Source of the DNA: Bacilli bacterium
GTDB lineage: Bacteria; Bacillota_I; Bacilli_A; Izemoplasmatales; Hujiaoplasmataceae
Assembly: GCA_018399755.1 (NCBI GenBank)
Contig: JAGYOE010000002.1
Span: 6,531-70,530 of the forward strand
DNA length: 64,000 bases
Reading direction: 5' to 3'
Part shown: in pieces, positions 9,574-19,647 of the stretch
Numbering within the stretch: position 1 is the stretch's first letter
Layout of the letters: each line of letters starts with the position of its first letter
Translations under genes and position numbers: made by a program
Notes under the pieces: generated by a model
The model's database searches: none
Seen by the model: only the letters and a program-made list of their open reading frames with translations
What the model was told of the DNA's origin: nothing

Positions 9574-10805
9574 CAGTTATTATCCTCTAAGTTTAAATAT
9601 TCATCTAACCATTCAACATCAACATCTGGTTTATTTTTTTGTTTATAATTATATCCTGGCTTTTTATTTTTCATTGAATCAATATGCTTAATATATTGTA
9701 AAGCATTTTCAACCGAATTTATCTTATTGCGCTTCCAACTAAGAGCAACTTTTTGAAAATATGCATATCCAGGTAACTTATTGTCCTTTTGTTTATAAAT
9801 ATAGGCGAGTAAAACATTTATAACTCCAGTGTCTAAACCCACTTCATCAAGTAAACGCTCTGCAATTTTTAAGTCTGAAGTTAAAACAACGCCATCATTT
9901 AATTCTTCTAATAAAACTTTGGGAGAAATATTTTTAAAATATTCTTCAATATTATCAGTATTTACTTCAGTTTCTTTATAAATAGATTTTTTACTGACTT
10001 TATCACTAACAGCATCTGCTTGTAATTCGTCAAATCGATGGCGGGCATTTCTTGCTAAGTCTTCAATATTTAAGTTATTATTATTGTCGATAGATTTAAT
10101 CATAATATTTTTCATTTCAATTTCATTTAAATCATATACATAACTTAATTGATTAATCTTGTTTTTTATCGCTTCGGTCAGCTTATTAATATCTAATAAT
10201 TCTACAGGAACACTGTCTTTTAAAAATCGCCAATCTAAATCATGCCCATTTAATTTGCGAAATGTTTGTGCTTTTCCTGATAACAAGGCTGTTTCATAGT
10301 CAGTTTTATAAATTTTATCAATTTGGGGGAATATTTCATTAAACGCTTTTGAAATATTATATTTTTGTTTTTTATTAGGTTGTTTTACTTTAAAAATTTT
10401 AAGTAGTTTTTTAAATCTTGTTTTAGTGATGTTTGAAATTAAATATTCACCTAATATCCCATCATTAACAAAACTTCTAGCGCTTAATGGAAGTTTAATT
10501 TCATAGGTAAAACTATCACTAGCAAAAAAAGTAACTAATAAACCTATCGCCTCTAACTTATATCTTGCTTTTTCAATATCACTTGCTTCAAGATCTAACA
10601 AACTTTCAAGATCAGAGTGTAAATATTCATCCGAAACAAAAGATTGTCTATCGACTAGGTTAATTAAGGTTAAATATAATGTTAAAGCTGTTTTCCCAAT
10701 AATTGGCTGATAAAGTAATGTTAATACTTGATAATCAACTGTAGAACACATTCCTTCAGCCGAAACAACAAAAACATCATTTCTTTTTATATTTTCCAAA
10801 AACAC
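9573..10805 (-). CDS. dnaB: Replication initiation / helicase co-loader DnaB (Firmicutes type)
   Basis: LYQPIIG..LY, LEAIGL, VINVLL.Y, C-terminal YxxKVAxSW; synteny. Confidence 0.85.
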   Translation of the reverse strand: MFLENIKRNDVFVVSAEGMCSTVDYQVLTLLYQPIIGKTALTLYLTLINLVDRQSFVSDEYLHSDLESLLDLEASDIEKARYKLEAIGLLVTFFASDSFTYEIKLPLSARSFVNDGILGEYLISNITKTRFKKLLKIFKVKQPNKKQKYNISKAFNEIFPQIDKIYKTDYETALLSGKAQTFRKLNGHDLDWRFLKDSVPVELLDINKLTEAIKNKINQLSYVYDLNEIEMKNIMIKSIDNNNNLNIEDLARNARHRFDELQADAVSDKVSKKSIYKETEVNTDNIEEYFKNISPKVLLEELNDGVVLTSDLKIAERLLDEVGLDTGVINVLLAYIYKQKDNKLPGYAYFQKVALSWKRNKINSVENALQYIKHIDSMKNKKPGYNYKQKNKPDVDVEWLDEYLNLEDNN

Positions 10806-10810
10806 CCCTC

Positions 10811-11407
10811 CTAGTCTAAAACTTTTATTTTAGCTAATATTTGAATAAATTGCAGATAACTATTATCTCTTGAATAAGAGTTATCAATAACATAGTCAGC
10901 TTTTACTTTTTTTTGATTTAAATCCATTTGTGATTCTATACGTTTTAATGCTACTTCTCTATCTAAATTACTTCGATTCAATAACCGTTCAATTTGTGTT
11001 TCACAATCAAGATAAACACAAATAATTTTATCGCATAAATATTCCATTTTAGCTTCAAATAATAAAGGTACAGCTAAAATTATAATATCTTCGCCTTTTT
11101 GCTTATATTCAGTAATCATTTTTTCGATTTTTTTTATTACATAAGGATGGGTTATTTTATTTAATAATTCCAATTTTGATTTATCATTAAATACTATTCT
11201 TGCGAGCAATTTAAAATCTAAACGATTATTTTCGTTTTTTTCTAGGTTAAATGCATTTGTAACTTCATTATATAAGTTATTATCAACTTTTAATAGGTTT
11301 TTATAAACACTATCTGCATCAATAACCTTTATATGAACTTTTCTAAACCAATCACTTACAAGACTTTTCCCGGAAGCAATTCCGCCAGTTAATCCAATTA
11401 CCTTCAT
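10811..11407 (-). CDS. coaE: Dephospho-CoA kinase (start ATG 11407)
   Basis: IGLTGGIASGKS, IDAD, HPYV, VPLLFE; GAGGAG before ATG 11407. Confidence 0.95.
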   Translation of the reverse strand: MKVIGLTGGIASGKSLVSDWFRKVHIKVIDADSVYKNLLKVDNNLYNEVTNAFNLEKNENNRLDFKLLARIVFNDKSKLELLNKITHPYVIKKIEKMITEYKQKGEDIIILAVPLLFEAKMEYLCDKIICVYLDCETQIERLLNRSNLDREVALKRIESQMDLNQKKVKADYVIDNSYSRDNSYLQFIQILAKIKVLD

Positions 11408-11409
11408 AA

Positions 11410-12234
11410 TTACTCCTCTTCTTGACAATTAGGACAAATATAAGTTCCTCTGCCGGCAACCTTTATTTTTTTAATTAATGTATTACATCTTTTACATTGT
11501 TTTCCTGCTAGAGTATGTACATTTAATTCATTCTGAAATCTTCCATCTACACCTAAAGAAGATTGATAAGATCTTATTGTTGTCCCACCAAGTTTAATAG
11601 CTTTATTTATCACTTCTTGAGCCGAATTTATAATAATTTTTAACTGTTTTAAACTAATAGTTTTAGCTTGTTTATTTGGATGAATTTTAGCTAAAAATAA
11701 AGTTTCATCTACATAAATATTACCTAATCCAGCTACGATAGTTTGATCTAATAAAACAGCTTTTATCGGTCTAGATGAAGTTTTTATTTTTTGGTAAATA
11801 CTATTAATATCAATATTAGGATTATTTATTTCTGGTCCTAATTTACTAAGACTTTTTAGAAAGAATTCTTCCCCTTTTTTAGTTAATTCCATTGTACCAA
11901 ATTTTCTAACATCATGGTAGGTTAAATAAATATCATTTTCTAAAGTGAAAATAATATGGTCGTGTTTAGTAATGTCAGCCAGATTCTTTCTAATAAAATA
12001 TTTACCCTCCATACGCAAATGACTAACTAAAGAATTTTTTTCAAACTTAAATATCAGATATTTTCCATATCTATCTATATCCATAAAGGTTTGATCAATT
12101 AACGCGTTTTTGAAATCTTTATTATCATATTTAATAATTTTGTCGTAATTAATTATTATATCTTTAATTTTTTTTCCTAAAAGAAAATTTTTCAAAGTGT
12201 TTTTAACGGTTTCCACTTCAGGTAATTCAGGCAT
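11410..12234 (-). CDS. mutM: Formamidopyrimidine-DNA glycosylase
   Basis: N-terminal PELPEVET, HLRMEG, GLGNIY, C-terminal zinc finger. Confidence 0.98.
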   Translation of the reverse strand: MPELPEVETVKNTLKNFLLGKKIKDIIINYDKIIKYDNKDFKNALIDQTFMDIDRYGKYLIFKFEKNSLVSHLRMEGKYFIRKNLADITKHDHIIFTLENDIYLTYHDVRKFGTMELTKKGEEFFLKSLSKLGPEINNPNIDINSIYQKIKTSSRPIKAVLLDQTIVAGLGNIYVDETLFLAKIHPNKQAKTISLKQLKIIINSAQEVINKAIKLGGTTIRSYQSSLGVDGRFQNELNVHTLAGKQCKRCNTLIKKIKVAGRGTYICPNCQEEE

Positions 12235-14855
12235 TATTTCACCTCATATAAGCTCTTGCCAGAACTGTAATGAACTGCCAATTTACTATCAAAATCAACA
12301 ATATTTTCCATAATATCTTTGGTGATTTCAATAACCCTTTTTAACTCTTCTTGTAATACGTCTAAAACAATTTCGTCGTGAATTTGTAAAATAATTTCTG
12401 ACTTTATTTTCTCTTCAGCAAATTTTTGCGAAATTTTAACCATAGCAAGTTTTAAAATATCCGCTGCACTACCTTGAATAGGTGCATTCATCGCAATTCG
12501 TTTTCCAAATTGTCTAGTTTGATAATTTTTAGAATTTAATTCAGGAATAAAGGTTTTTCTTGAAAACAATGTTTCCACATAGCCTTTTTCTTTAGCTTTA
12601 TTTATCTGTTCATTAGTATATTTTTCAATTTCAGGATAAGTTTTGAAATAACTATTAATGAATTTTTCAGCTTCCTTAGGAGAAATATCTAACTCTTCAG
12701 ACAATCCCCAAGCGGTTTTTCCATAGATTATACTAAAATTAATCGCTTTTGCGATTGATCTTTGATTATCGGTAATTTCATTTTTATCAAAAATCTTCTT
12801 AGCAGTTTCTAAATGAATATCTTTATCTGATTTAAACGCTTCTTTTAAGTTTTTAACATTAGCTAATTCAGCAACTACTCTTAATTCTATTTGTGAATAA
12901 TCAAGTGATAATAAACTGTTATTATTTTCGCCAACAAATATTTTTCTTAATTCACGCCCTATTTCGGTTTTAATTGGTAAATTCTGTAAGTTAGGTTCTT
13001 TTGAAGATAAACGTCCTGTTTTAGTTAAAGCTTGTTGGTAAATAGTATGGATTTTATTATCACCTTTTAAATTTAATGCTTCTAGCAACCCAACATAATA
13101 AGTTGATTTCAATTTCGAATAAGTTCGATAATTAATCAAATCATTAATGATAGGATGAATATTTTTAAGTTTCTTTAATACTGAAATATCAGTTGAGTAT
13201 CCATTTTTTGTCTTTTTCTTTGATGGCAGATTTAACTTATCAAATAAGATTTCACTTAATTGCTTTGGTGAATTTATATTGAATTGTTCATCTGCTTCTC
13301 GATAAATATTTTCTTGTAACTTAGCAATTTTTTTATCTAATGTTTTTCCAAATTCAATTAATTTTTCTTTATCAACATTTATTCCTGCAAACTCCATTTT
13401 AGCTAAAGTATTAGCTAATGGAAGTTCAATTTCATTAAATAATTTTTCTTGATTATTTTCTTTAATTTTTGTTAAAGCAATATCTTTCAACATTTTAATT
13501 GCTTTTACTTTTGTAATTATATGTTTAATATATTTTTCTTTATCTGGAATATGTTTTTTTGCGCCTTTCCCATAGATAATATCATCAGAAATTACCTCAT
13601 CATGATTTAATGATTTAGCAACATAAGCAAAATCATCTTGATTTATACTTGCATCAATCAAGTATGCGGCAAGTAAAAGATCAAATTTAATATTTTCAAA
13701 CTCATAACCATCCCAAAGTAAAATTACTTTTGTTTTTTTTAAGTCGTAAACATACTTTTCTTTTGTTTTTGATTTTAACCAATTAGTGAATTTTTTTGAT
13801 TTTAAACCTAACTCATAGTCAAAGAAAAATGTTTGATTATTAGTGATTAAACCAAAGCCTAATTTTTCAGCTATATGGTAATTATTCTCGTATGTTTCTA
13901 AAACTAAATATCCATCATTTAACTCAACCTTTTCTAAATCATCAACTGATTTAATATGGGTATAATCATAATTCTCGATTTTTTTATCCTTGTTTATTTG
14001 TTTAAGAAAAGAATTGAAATTCATTTTTTGGTAAAACTTTCTTAATTTTTCAATGTCAAATCCATTATATTTAGCTTTAGTTATCTCTAATTTATTTTCA
14101 AAGTCAGTTTCAATAGTGGCTAATTCTTTAGAAAATTTAGCTATTTCTTGATTTTCTTCAATTCTTTCTTTTAATTTCCCTTTTAAATTGGAAATATTTT
14201 GAATTATATTCTCAATATTTTCATATTGGCTTAGTAGTTTTTGGGCTGTTTTTTTACCTATTCCTTTTATACCAGGAATATTATCTGAGCTATCTCCTAC
14301 TAGCCCTTTATAATCTGGAACTTGATTTGGAGCAAGTTTCATTTTTTCAAATAATCCTTTTTTATCAAGAATTTCAACTTCACTTAAACCTTTTTTAGAA
14401 ATAAGTTGGTATACATTATCATCAATTAATTGCATTAAATCTTGATCATTACTATAAATTGTTACTTTATCAAATTGGTTTTTATAATGTTCAGTAATAT
14501 ATCCAATAATATCATCAGCTTCATAACTTTCTTCTCGATAATAATATACCCCAGCTGCTTCAAGGTACTCTTCCATATAAGGAAATTGTTCCTTTAACTC
14601 TTCAGGTGCATCTACTCTTGTGCCTTTATAATCTTCAAATTTTTCATGACGATGAGTCTTTCCGATTGAATCTAAAGCAACTACTATATGTGTATAATCT
14701 CTATCTAATAAATTATTCATAGCTCTAACAAATCCAAAAACGCCATTAGTATAACGGCCGTCTTTTGTTTGCATTAAGTTGCCTGAATAAGCTGTTGCAT
14801 AATAAGATCTAAATAATAAATTACTAGCATCAATTAATAATAAATTCTTTTTCAT
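12234..14855 (-). CDS. polA: DNA polymerase I
   Basis: 5'-3' exonuclease EADD and GDSSDNIPG; TGRLSS.EPNLQN, DYSQIELR, NAPIQGSAAD, QIHDE. Confidence 0.99.
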   Translation of the reverse strand: MKKNLLLIDASNLLFRSYYATAYSGNLMQTKDGRYTNGVFGFVRAMNNLLDRDYTHIVVALDSIGKTHRHEKFEDYKGTRVDAPEELKEQFPYMEEYLEAAGVYYYREESYEADDIIGYITEHYKNQFDKVTIYSNDQDLMQLIDDNVYQLISKKGLSEVEILDKKGLFEKMKLAPNQVPDYKGLVGDSSDNIPGIKGIGKKTAQKLLSQYENIENIIQNISNLKGKLKERIEENQEIAKFSKELATIETDFENKLEITKAKYNGFDIEKLRKFYQKMNFNSFLKQINKDKKIENYDYTHIKSVDDLEKVELNDGYLVLETYENNYHIAEKLGFGLITNNQTFFFDYELGLKSKKFTNWLKSKTKEKYVYDLKKTKVILLWDGYEFENIKFDLLLAAYLIDASINQDDFAYVAKSLNHDEVISDDIIYGKGAKKHIPDKEKYIKHIITKVKAIKMLKDIALTKIKENNQEKLFNEIELPLANTLAKMEFAGINVDKEKLIEFGKTLDKKIAKLQENIYREADEQFNINSPKQLSEILFDKLNLPSKKKTKNGYSTDISVLKKLKNIHPIINDLINYRTYSKLKSTYYVGLLEALNLKGDNKIHTIYQQALTKTGRLSSKEPNLQNLPIKTEIGRELRKIFVGENNNSLLSLDYSQIELRVVAELANVKNLKEAFKSDKDIHLETAKKIFDKNEITDNQRSIAKAINFSIIYGKTAWGLSEELDISPKEAEKFINSYFKTYPEIEKYTNEQINKAKEKGYVETLFSRKTFIPELNSKNYQTRQFGKRIAMNAPIQGSAADILKLAMVKISQKFAEEKIKSEIILQIHDEIVLDVLQEELKRVIEITKDIMENIVDFDSKLAVHYSSGKSLYEVK

Positions 14856-14894
14856 AGCCCACCTCTTTAATTAATTTATTTTATCATAATTAAG

Positions 14895-14922
14895 AAAAAA
14901 ATGCACTTAGACAAGTGCATTT
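14895..14922 (-). terminator. Intrinsic terminator after coaX
   Basis: ATGCACTT-AGAC-AAGTGCAT hairpin with U tract on the minus strand. Confidence 0.7.
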
Positions 14923-14933
14923 CATTTTATTCT

Positions 14934-15683
14934 TTAGTTTTTATTTTTTTTCAAAATTATCAACAATCCTTTTAAAATTAATAAATCATCGCGTATAATT
15001 TCTTGATGGCATAAAGAATGAATAAATCTAGCGTGTCCACCTGTCATTATTACTGTTAAATCTTCGTTTTTAACCTCATCGCTGATTCTTTTTATCATTC
15101 CATCTACCATAGCCGCATGTCCATAAATTAACCCCGATTTAAATGCATCAACTGAGTTTTTACCAAGGGTATTTTTTGGAGCTTGTAATTCTACTTGTGG
15201 TAATAAAGAAGTCTTAGAAAATAATGCATCCTTACTAGTTGTTAAACCAGTCGCAATTGCTACACCTTTTAATGTTTTATTTTGGATATATGTAAAAGTT
15301 GTAGCTGTACCTAAATCTATAATTAAACAAGTCTTATTATAAACACTTGTAGCCCCAACAGAATTCCCTATTAAATCAGCTCCAACTTCTTTAGGATTAT
15401 CTGAATTAATTTGAATTCCTGTTTTAATACCTTGACCAACAAATAATGGTTTAATAGAAAATTTACTTAAGAAATAGTCACGAAAAACTTCATTTAACTC
15501 TGGAACAACTGAAGCAATTATTGCTTCATTACATTCATTAATGTAATCATTTAATATAATCATATATTCATCAGTTGATCTTGATTTATCAGTATTTATT
15601 CGATAGATTTTATCAATTTCTTCACCAGTTTTTGATAAACCAATCGCTATAGTAGTATTACCAATATCAATGGCAATTTTCAT
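14934..15683 (-). CDS. coaX: Type III pantothenate kinase (start ATG 15683)
   Basis: IDIGNT, ASVVP, EVGAD, IDLGTATT, TGG; GAGGAG upstream of ATG 15683. Confidence 0.95.
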   Translation of the reverse strand: MKIAIDIGNTTIAIGLSKTGEEIDKIYRINTDKSRSTDEYMIILNDYINECNEAIIASVVPELNEVFRDYFLSKFSIKPLFVGQGIKTGIQINSDNPKEVGADLIGNSVGATSVYNKTCLIIDLGTATTFTYIQNKTLKGVAIATGLTTSKDALFSKTSLLPQVELQAPKNTLGKNSVDAFKSGLIYGHAAMVDGMIKRISDEVKNEDLTVIMTGGHARFIHSLCHQEIIRDDLLILKGLLIILKKNKN

Positions 15684-15699
15684 AATATATCTCCTCGCC

Positions 15700-16368
15700 T
15701 TATTGTTGGTCTGAGTCAAATTTATCTAATTCAGTTTTGGTCATATATTTTCTAATACCAAAATCCTTAGCAAGACGAATCACTATTACAGAACCAATTA
15801 TACCTGCCGCAACTGCTTCAAGAAATTGAACCCATGGAAAACCAATCAAGAAGATCCATGTAAATATAAAGTATTCTAATGTTTCTAGATTAAAAGGAAG
15901 TTCAAAAACCATTGGGAATACAGTATATAGTAATGATAATGTGATTATAGTATGAATTAAACTCAAAACAAAAAAGCTAATAAAAAGCGCAATTGATTTT
16001 GTTGGGAAGATTTTTAATGCAAAATTAACCACATACACAATCAAAAAGCCAAAAATAAATCTTGGTAATATAGCTACCCAAGGATAGTAAAATAAAGGCG
16101 ATCCATATATAAAGGCTGCTATATTAGAAATAATCCCAAAAGCTAGACCTAAATATATTCCAAAACGTTTTCCCATTAAAGCAGCGCCTATTAAAACCGG
16201 GATATGAATTATTGTAGCTTCTACTGTACCAACAATTCTAAAAAATCCCCAAGTGGTTCCCCAAGGCGCTGGAACTAATCCTAGTAAAGCAATTATCGCA
16301 ATAAACATTGCCAAAATTGTCATTTCTCTAGTTTTTTCTTTGTTACTTAAAACTTTTTTTTCTTTCAT
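15700..16368 (-). CDS. ECF transporter S component, probably pantothenate-specific (PanT-like)
   Basis: Multi-TM protein with TIIHIPVLIGA and ILPR motifs; adjacent to coaX. Confidence 0.8.
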   Translation of the reverse strand: MKEKKVLSNKEKTREMTILAMFIAIIALLGLVPAPWGTTWGFFRIVGTVEATIIHIPVLIGAALMGKRFGIYLGLAFGIISNIAAFIYGSPLFYYPWVAILPRFIFGFLIVYVVNFALKIFPTKSIALFISFFVLSLIHTIITLSLLYTVFPMVFELPFNLETLEYFIFTWIFLIGFPWVQFLEAVAAGIIGSVIVIRLAKDFGIRKYMTKTELDKFDSDQQ

Positions 16369-16383
16369 TATTTTTCCCTTTCC

Positions 16384-16402
16384 AAGCCACTAACGTGGTC
16401 TC
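16384..16402 (-). promoter_or_regulatory. Candidate pan-like cis-regulatory RNA hairpin
   Basis: GAG-A-CCAC-GTTA-GTGG-CTT hairpin with a bulged A, next to the ribosome-binding site of the pantothenate genes. Confidence 0.4.
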
Positions 16403-16428
16403 ATAAGTTATATTTTAAAACAAATTAT

Positions 16429-17493
16429 TTAAACATTTGCTTTAATTTCTTTAATTGTTTCTTTATCAATAGTTTCTAAAATTGCTAAAATAATAGCTTT
16501 AACAGCTTTATAATCATCTTTATGTATTATAGAAGTTGTTGAGTGGATATAACGAGCTGGCATACCAATAGTACAAGCTAAAGTTCCGCCGCGAGATAAC
16601 TGTGCAGCAGCTGCATCAGTCCCTCCTTTTGAACTGTAATATTGATAGTTTATATTATGCTTATTTGCTAAATCTTCAATAAATTTCTTTAAACCTTGAT
16701 GCATTAATGTTCTTGGGTCATAGAAACGAACTAAAAAACCATCTCCTAAAGTCCCGCCAACTTCTGTTTTATCAAAAGTATCACTACAAGGGGAACAATC
16801 AACTGCAATAAATAAATCAGGATTTAATTTATATGATGAAGTGATAGCTCCTCTTAAACCAACTTCTTCTTGTACTGATGCCCCAGCATAGAATTTCGAT
16901 TTTAATTTAGATTTATCGATACTTTCTAAAATATCAAGCGCCATAGCTGATCCAAAACGATTATCCCACGCTTTAGAAAATATCTTTTTGTTATCAATTG
17001 ATTCTTTATAATCATTTTCAAATACAATTTGTTGGCCAATTTTTATTCCAATTTCTTTTGCATGTTCATCATCATCAGCGCCAATGTCTAAATGAAAATC
17101 CTCAAAACTTGATACTTGTTTATTAGATTTATCTTTCATTAAATGCGGTGGTTTAGCTCCAACTACACCAGGAACAAATGAACCGTCATCTCTAACAATA
17201 TTCATGTGTTGGGAAATAACTACTTGTGGGTCAATTCCACCGATAGCCATCATTTTAATTGTTCCATTTTTATTTATTCCAACAACCATCGCACCTATCT
17301 CATCCATATGCCCAGCCAACATGATTGTTGGTCCATCATAATCAAGGTTTATTCCACCAAAAATTGAACCAAGATTATCTTCTATTATTTCTTCTGATAA
17401 TTTTTCAAGGTGATTTCTCATGTATTTTCTGACATATTTTTCATGGCTAGAAACTCCAGGTATTTCCACTAAATCTTTATAATATTTTTTCAC
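16429..17493 (-). CDS. M42 family aminopeptidase (glutamyl aminopeptidase-like)
   Basis: GHMDEIG, KAWDNR, QEEVGLRGA, GGTDA, RYIHS. Confidence 0.93.
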   Translation of the reverse strand: MKKYYKDLVEIPGVSSHEKYVRKYMRNHLEKLSEEIIEDNLGSIFGGINLDYDGPTIMLAGHMDEIGAMVVGINKNGTIKMMAIGGIDPQVVISQHMNIVRDDGSFVPGVVGAKPPHLMKDKSNKQVSSFEDFHLDIGADDDEHAKEIGIKIGQQIVFENDYKESIDNKKIFSKAWDNRFGSAMALDILESIDKSKLKSKFYAGASVQEEVGLRGAITSSYKLNPDLFIAVDCSPCSDTFDKTEVGGTLGDGFLVRFYDPRTLMHQGLKKFIEDLANKHNINYQYYSSKGGTDAAAAQLSRGGTLACTIGMPARYIHSTTSIIHKDDYKAVKAIILAILETIDKETIKEIKANV

Positions 17494-17494
17494 T

Positions 17495-18142
17495 CTAAAC
17501 TCCTTTATGTATTATATTTAGATAATAAATCGGTTTATTTTCTTCAATAAATTTAATTTCAAATTCAGTTTGAATATTATCTTCCATTAAATTTTGATAT
17601 AAATCTAAAGATAAATCTTCTATAGAATAATGAATTGAATTATTGAATTGCATCATAGAATATTCAAAAAATGAATAATTATCCGTCTTTAAGTATATCT
17701 GCCCAAAATTTTGTAAAATCATATGATATCGATTTAAAAACTTCGGTGAAGTAAGTCTTCTTTTGATATGTCTTCTTTTTGGCCAAGGGTCTGAAAAGTT
17801 TAAGTAAATTTTACTAATTTCATTTGAAGCAAATATATTTAAAATATTATTAGCATCAAAACGAATTAATTTTATATTATCAAGTGGTTTAAGGATTATT
17901 TTTTCTAAAGCACGAACAATAACAGAATCAAATTTTTCAATTCCAATATAATTTATATCAGGATTTTTTTCAGCTTTCTTATAGATAAACTTCCCTTTTC
18001 CACAACCAATTTCTACTTCTATCGGATTATCGTTGTCGAAAATATCATGCCATCTACCTTTGTTAATCTTTGGTTTTTCAACTATATAGTTAGGATAAGA
18101 ATGTATCAATTCTTTGGCATATTTAACATTACGTAATCGCAT
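17495..18142 (-). CDS. trmB: tRNA (guanine-N7)-methyltransferase
   Basis: MRLR start, EIGCGKG, NFSDPWPK.RH.KRRLT, KTDN, TEFE. Confidence 0.97.
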   Translation of the reverse strand: MRLRNVKYAKELIHSYPNYIVEKPKINKGRWHDIFDNDNPIEVEIGCGKGKFIYKKAEKNPDINYIGIEKFDSVIVRALEKIILKPLDNIKLIRFDANNILNIFASNEISKIYLNFSDPWPKRRHIKRRLTSPKFLNRYHMILQNFGQIYLKTDNYSFFEYSMMQFNNSIHYSIEDLSLDLYQNLMEDNIQTEFEIKFIEENKPIYYLNIIHKGV

Positions 18143-18144
18143 TT

Positions 18145-19506
18145 TTATTCTCCCGCCAGACGTACTATTCCTTCAGCATAAATCGCAATAGCTGTTATCA
18201 TATCATCAATTTTTAAATGTTCATTTGGTTGATGAGCTAAATCAGTATCTCCTGGTAAAGCTGGACCAAAAGCTACTGCTTTTTTTAATATTCTTGAATA
18301 TGTTCCGCCACCAATACTCATTATCTTACTCTCGGTATCATTGGTATATTTAATATAAGCTTCATGTAATTCCTTTACTAAGTTATCTTCAGGTGAAACA
18401 TAATGTGGTTTAGAATCAGAATTTTTGTGATAGTTCAATGCAAATTCTTTTCCAGCTTTAATTATTTTTGTTTCACCAGCTTCAAAATCATAATTTTTAG
18501 GATAGCGAATATTTATTCCAATTTCTACATCTTTACCATCATAATGAATAAAAGCTAAGTTAAGTGTTAGTTCATCCATTTCTTTATCAGTAACATCAAT
18601 ATCTAGTTTTTTACCAAGATAATCATTGGTTAAATATTTATTTAACATATTTATAAATGGGTTATTAGTTTGTTTAATTAGAAACTTAACCATCAAAGAA
18701 ATCGCATTAACTCCTAGATGTGGCCATGCAGCATGTGCGTTTTTTCCATAAACAATATATTCGTTGTCTTTAATTTCTCCACTAATTTTGTGATCTTTTA
18801 AAAACTTATTAAATTCTTTTTCTTTGTTTTCGCTTAACTTGGCCACGCATTTATCAGGAACTACGTTAAATCTATCTCCAGATTCAAGCGACTCAATTAA
18901 TTTATCAGTTGCTCTTCCCTTATAGGTGAAAGCATAAATTCCTTTTTCAGCATAAATAAGAGGAAACTCAGCATCAGGAGCAAAACCTAAATCAGGCATA
19001 GATTCCTTTTCAAGATATCTAACTATGCCTCTCATTCCTGATTCTTCATCACAGCCTAAAATTAGTCTAACTTTTTTATTTAATTTTATTCCGTGGTCTT
19101 TTATCATTTTCATAGCTATATAAGCAGCTATTGTTGGTCCTTTATCATCCATAGCGCCTCTAGCATAAATCTTGCCATCTTCTTCAAATGCAGAAAAAGG
19201 CGGATTATCCCATTTGCCTCCGGCAGGAACAACATCTAAATGTCCTAAAACGCCTAATACTTCATCGCCTGAGCCTATTTCTATATGGCCAGCGTAATTA
19301 TCAATATTTTTAACAGAAAACCCGTCATTTTTACCTAAATCTAACATATAATCTAAAGCTTTTTTGATTTCTACACCGAATGGTGCTTGTTTATTCTCAG
19401 GAGTATATTTTTCTAAAACTGTAGGAATCTGTAATAATTTCTTTGTGATTTCTATATATTCTTTTTCATATTTTTTAGCTATCTCTAACCAATTCATTTC
19501 TATCAC
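18145..19506 (-). CDS. pepV: M20 dipeptidase PepV (start may be ATG 19497)
   Basis: GHLDVVP, RGAMDDKGP, DEESG, PDAEFP, GGGTY, AHQPNE. Confidence 0.92.
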   Translation of the reverse strand: MIEMNWLEIAKKYEKEYIEITKKLLQIPTVLEKYTPENKQAPFGVEIKKALDYMLDLGKNDGFSVKNIDNYAGHIEIGSGDEVLGVLGHLDVVPAGGKWDNPPFSAFEEDGKIYARGAMDDKGPTIAAYIAMKMIKDHGIKLNKKVRLILGCDEESGMRGIVRYLEKESMPDLGFAPDAEFPLIYAEKGIYAFTYKGRATDKLIESLESGDRFNVVPDKCVAKLSENKEKEFNKFLKDHKISGEIKDNEYIVYGKNAHAAWPHLGVNAISLMVKFLIKQTNNPFINMLNKYLTNDYLGKKLDIDVTDKEMDELTLNLAFIHYDGKDVEIGINIRYPKNYDFEAGETKIIKAGKEFALNYHKNSDSKPHYVSPEDNLVKELHEAYIKYTNDTESKIMSIGGGTYSRILKKAVAFGPALPGDTDLAHQPNEHLKIDDMITAIAIYAEGIVRLAGE

Positions 19507-19582
19507 ATCCTATCATAGTTATTTTATCACAAGGTTTGTTTTTTGCAAACCAAAAACCATATTCTTTTAATCTAAACTTAAT

Positions 19583-19612
19583 TTGACTTTGATATATGAA
19601 TATTAGTATAAT
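19583..19612 (+). promoter_or_regulatory. SigA-like promoter of the heavy-metal ATPase
   Basis: TTGACT-18 nt-TATAAT. Confidence 0.6.
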
Positions 19613-19647
19613 ATTAAAGAGACTATTAATATTGTTTCTGACATGAG

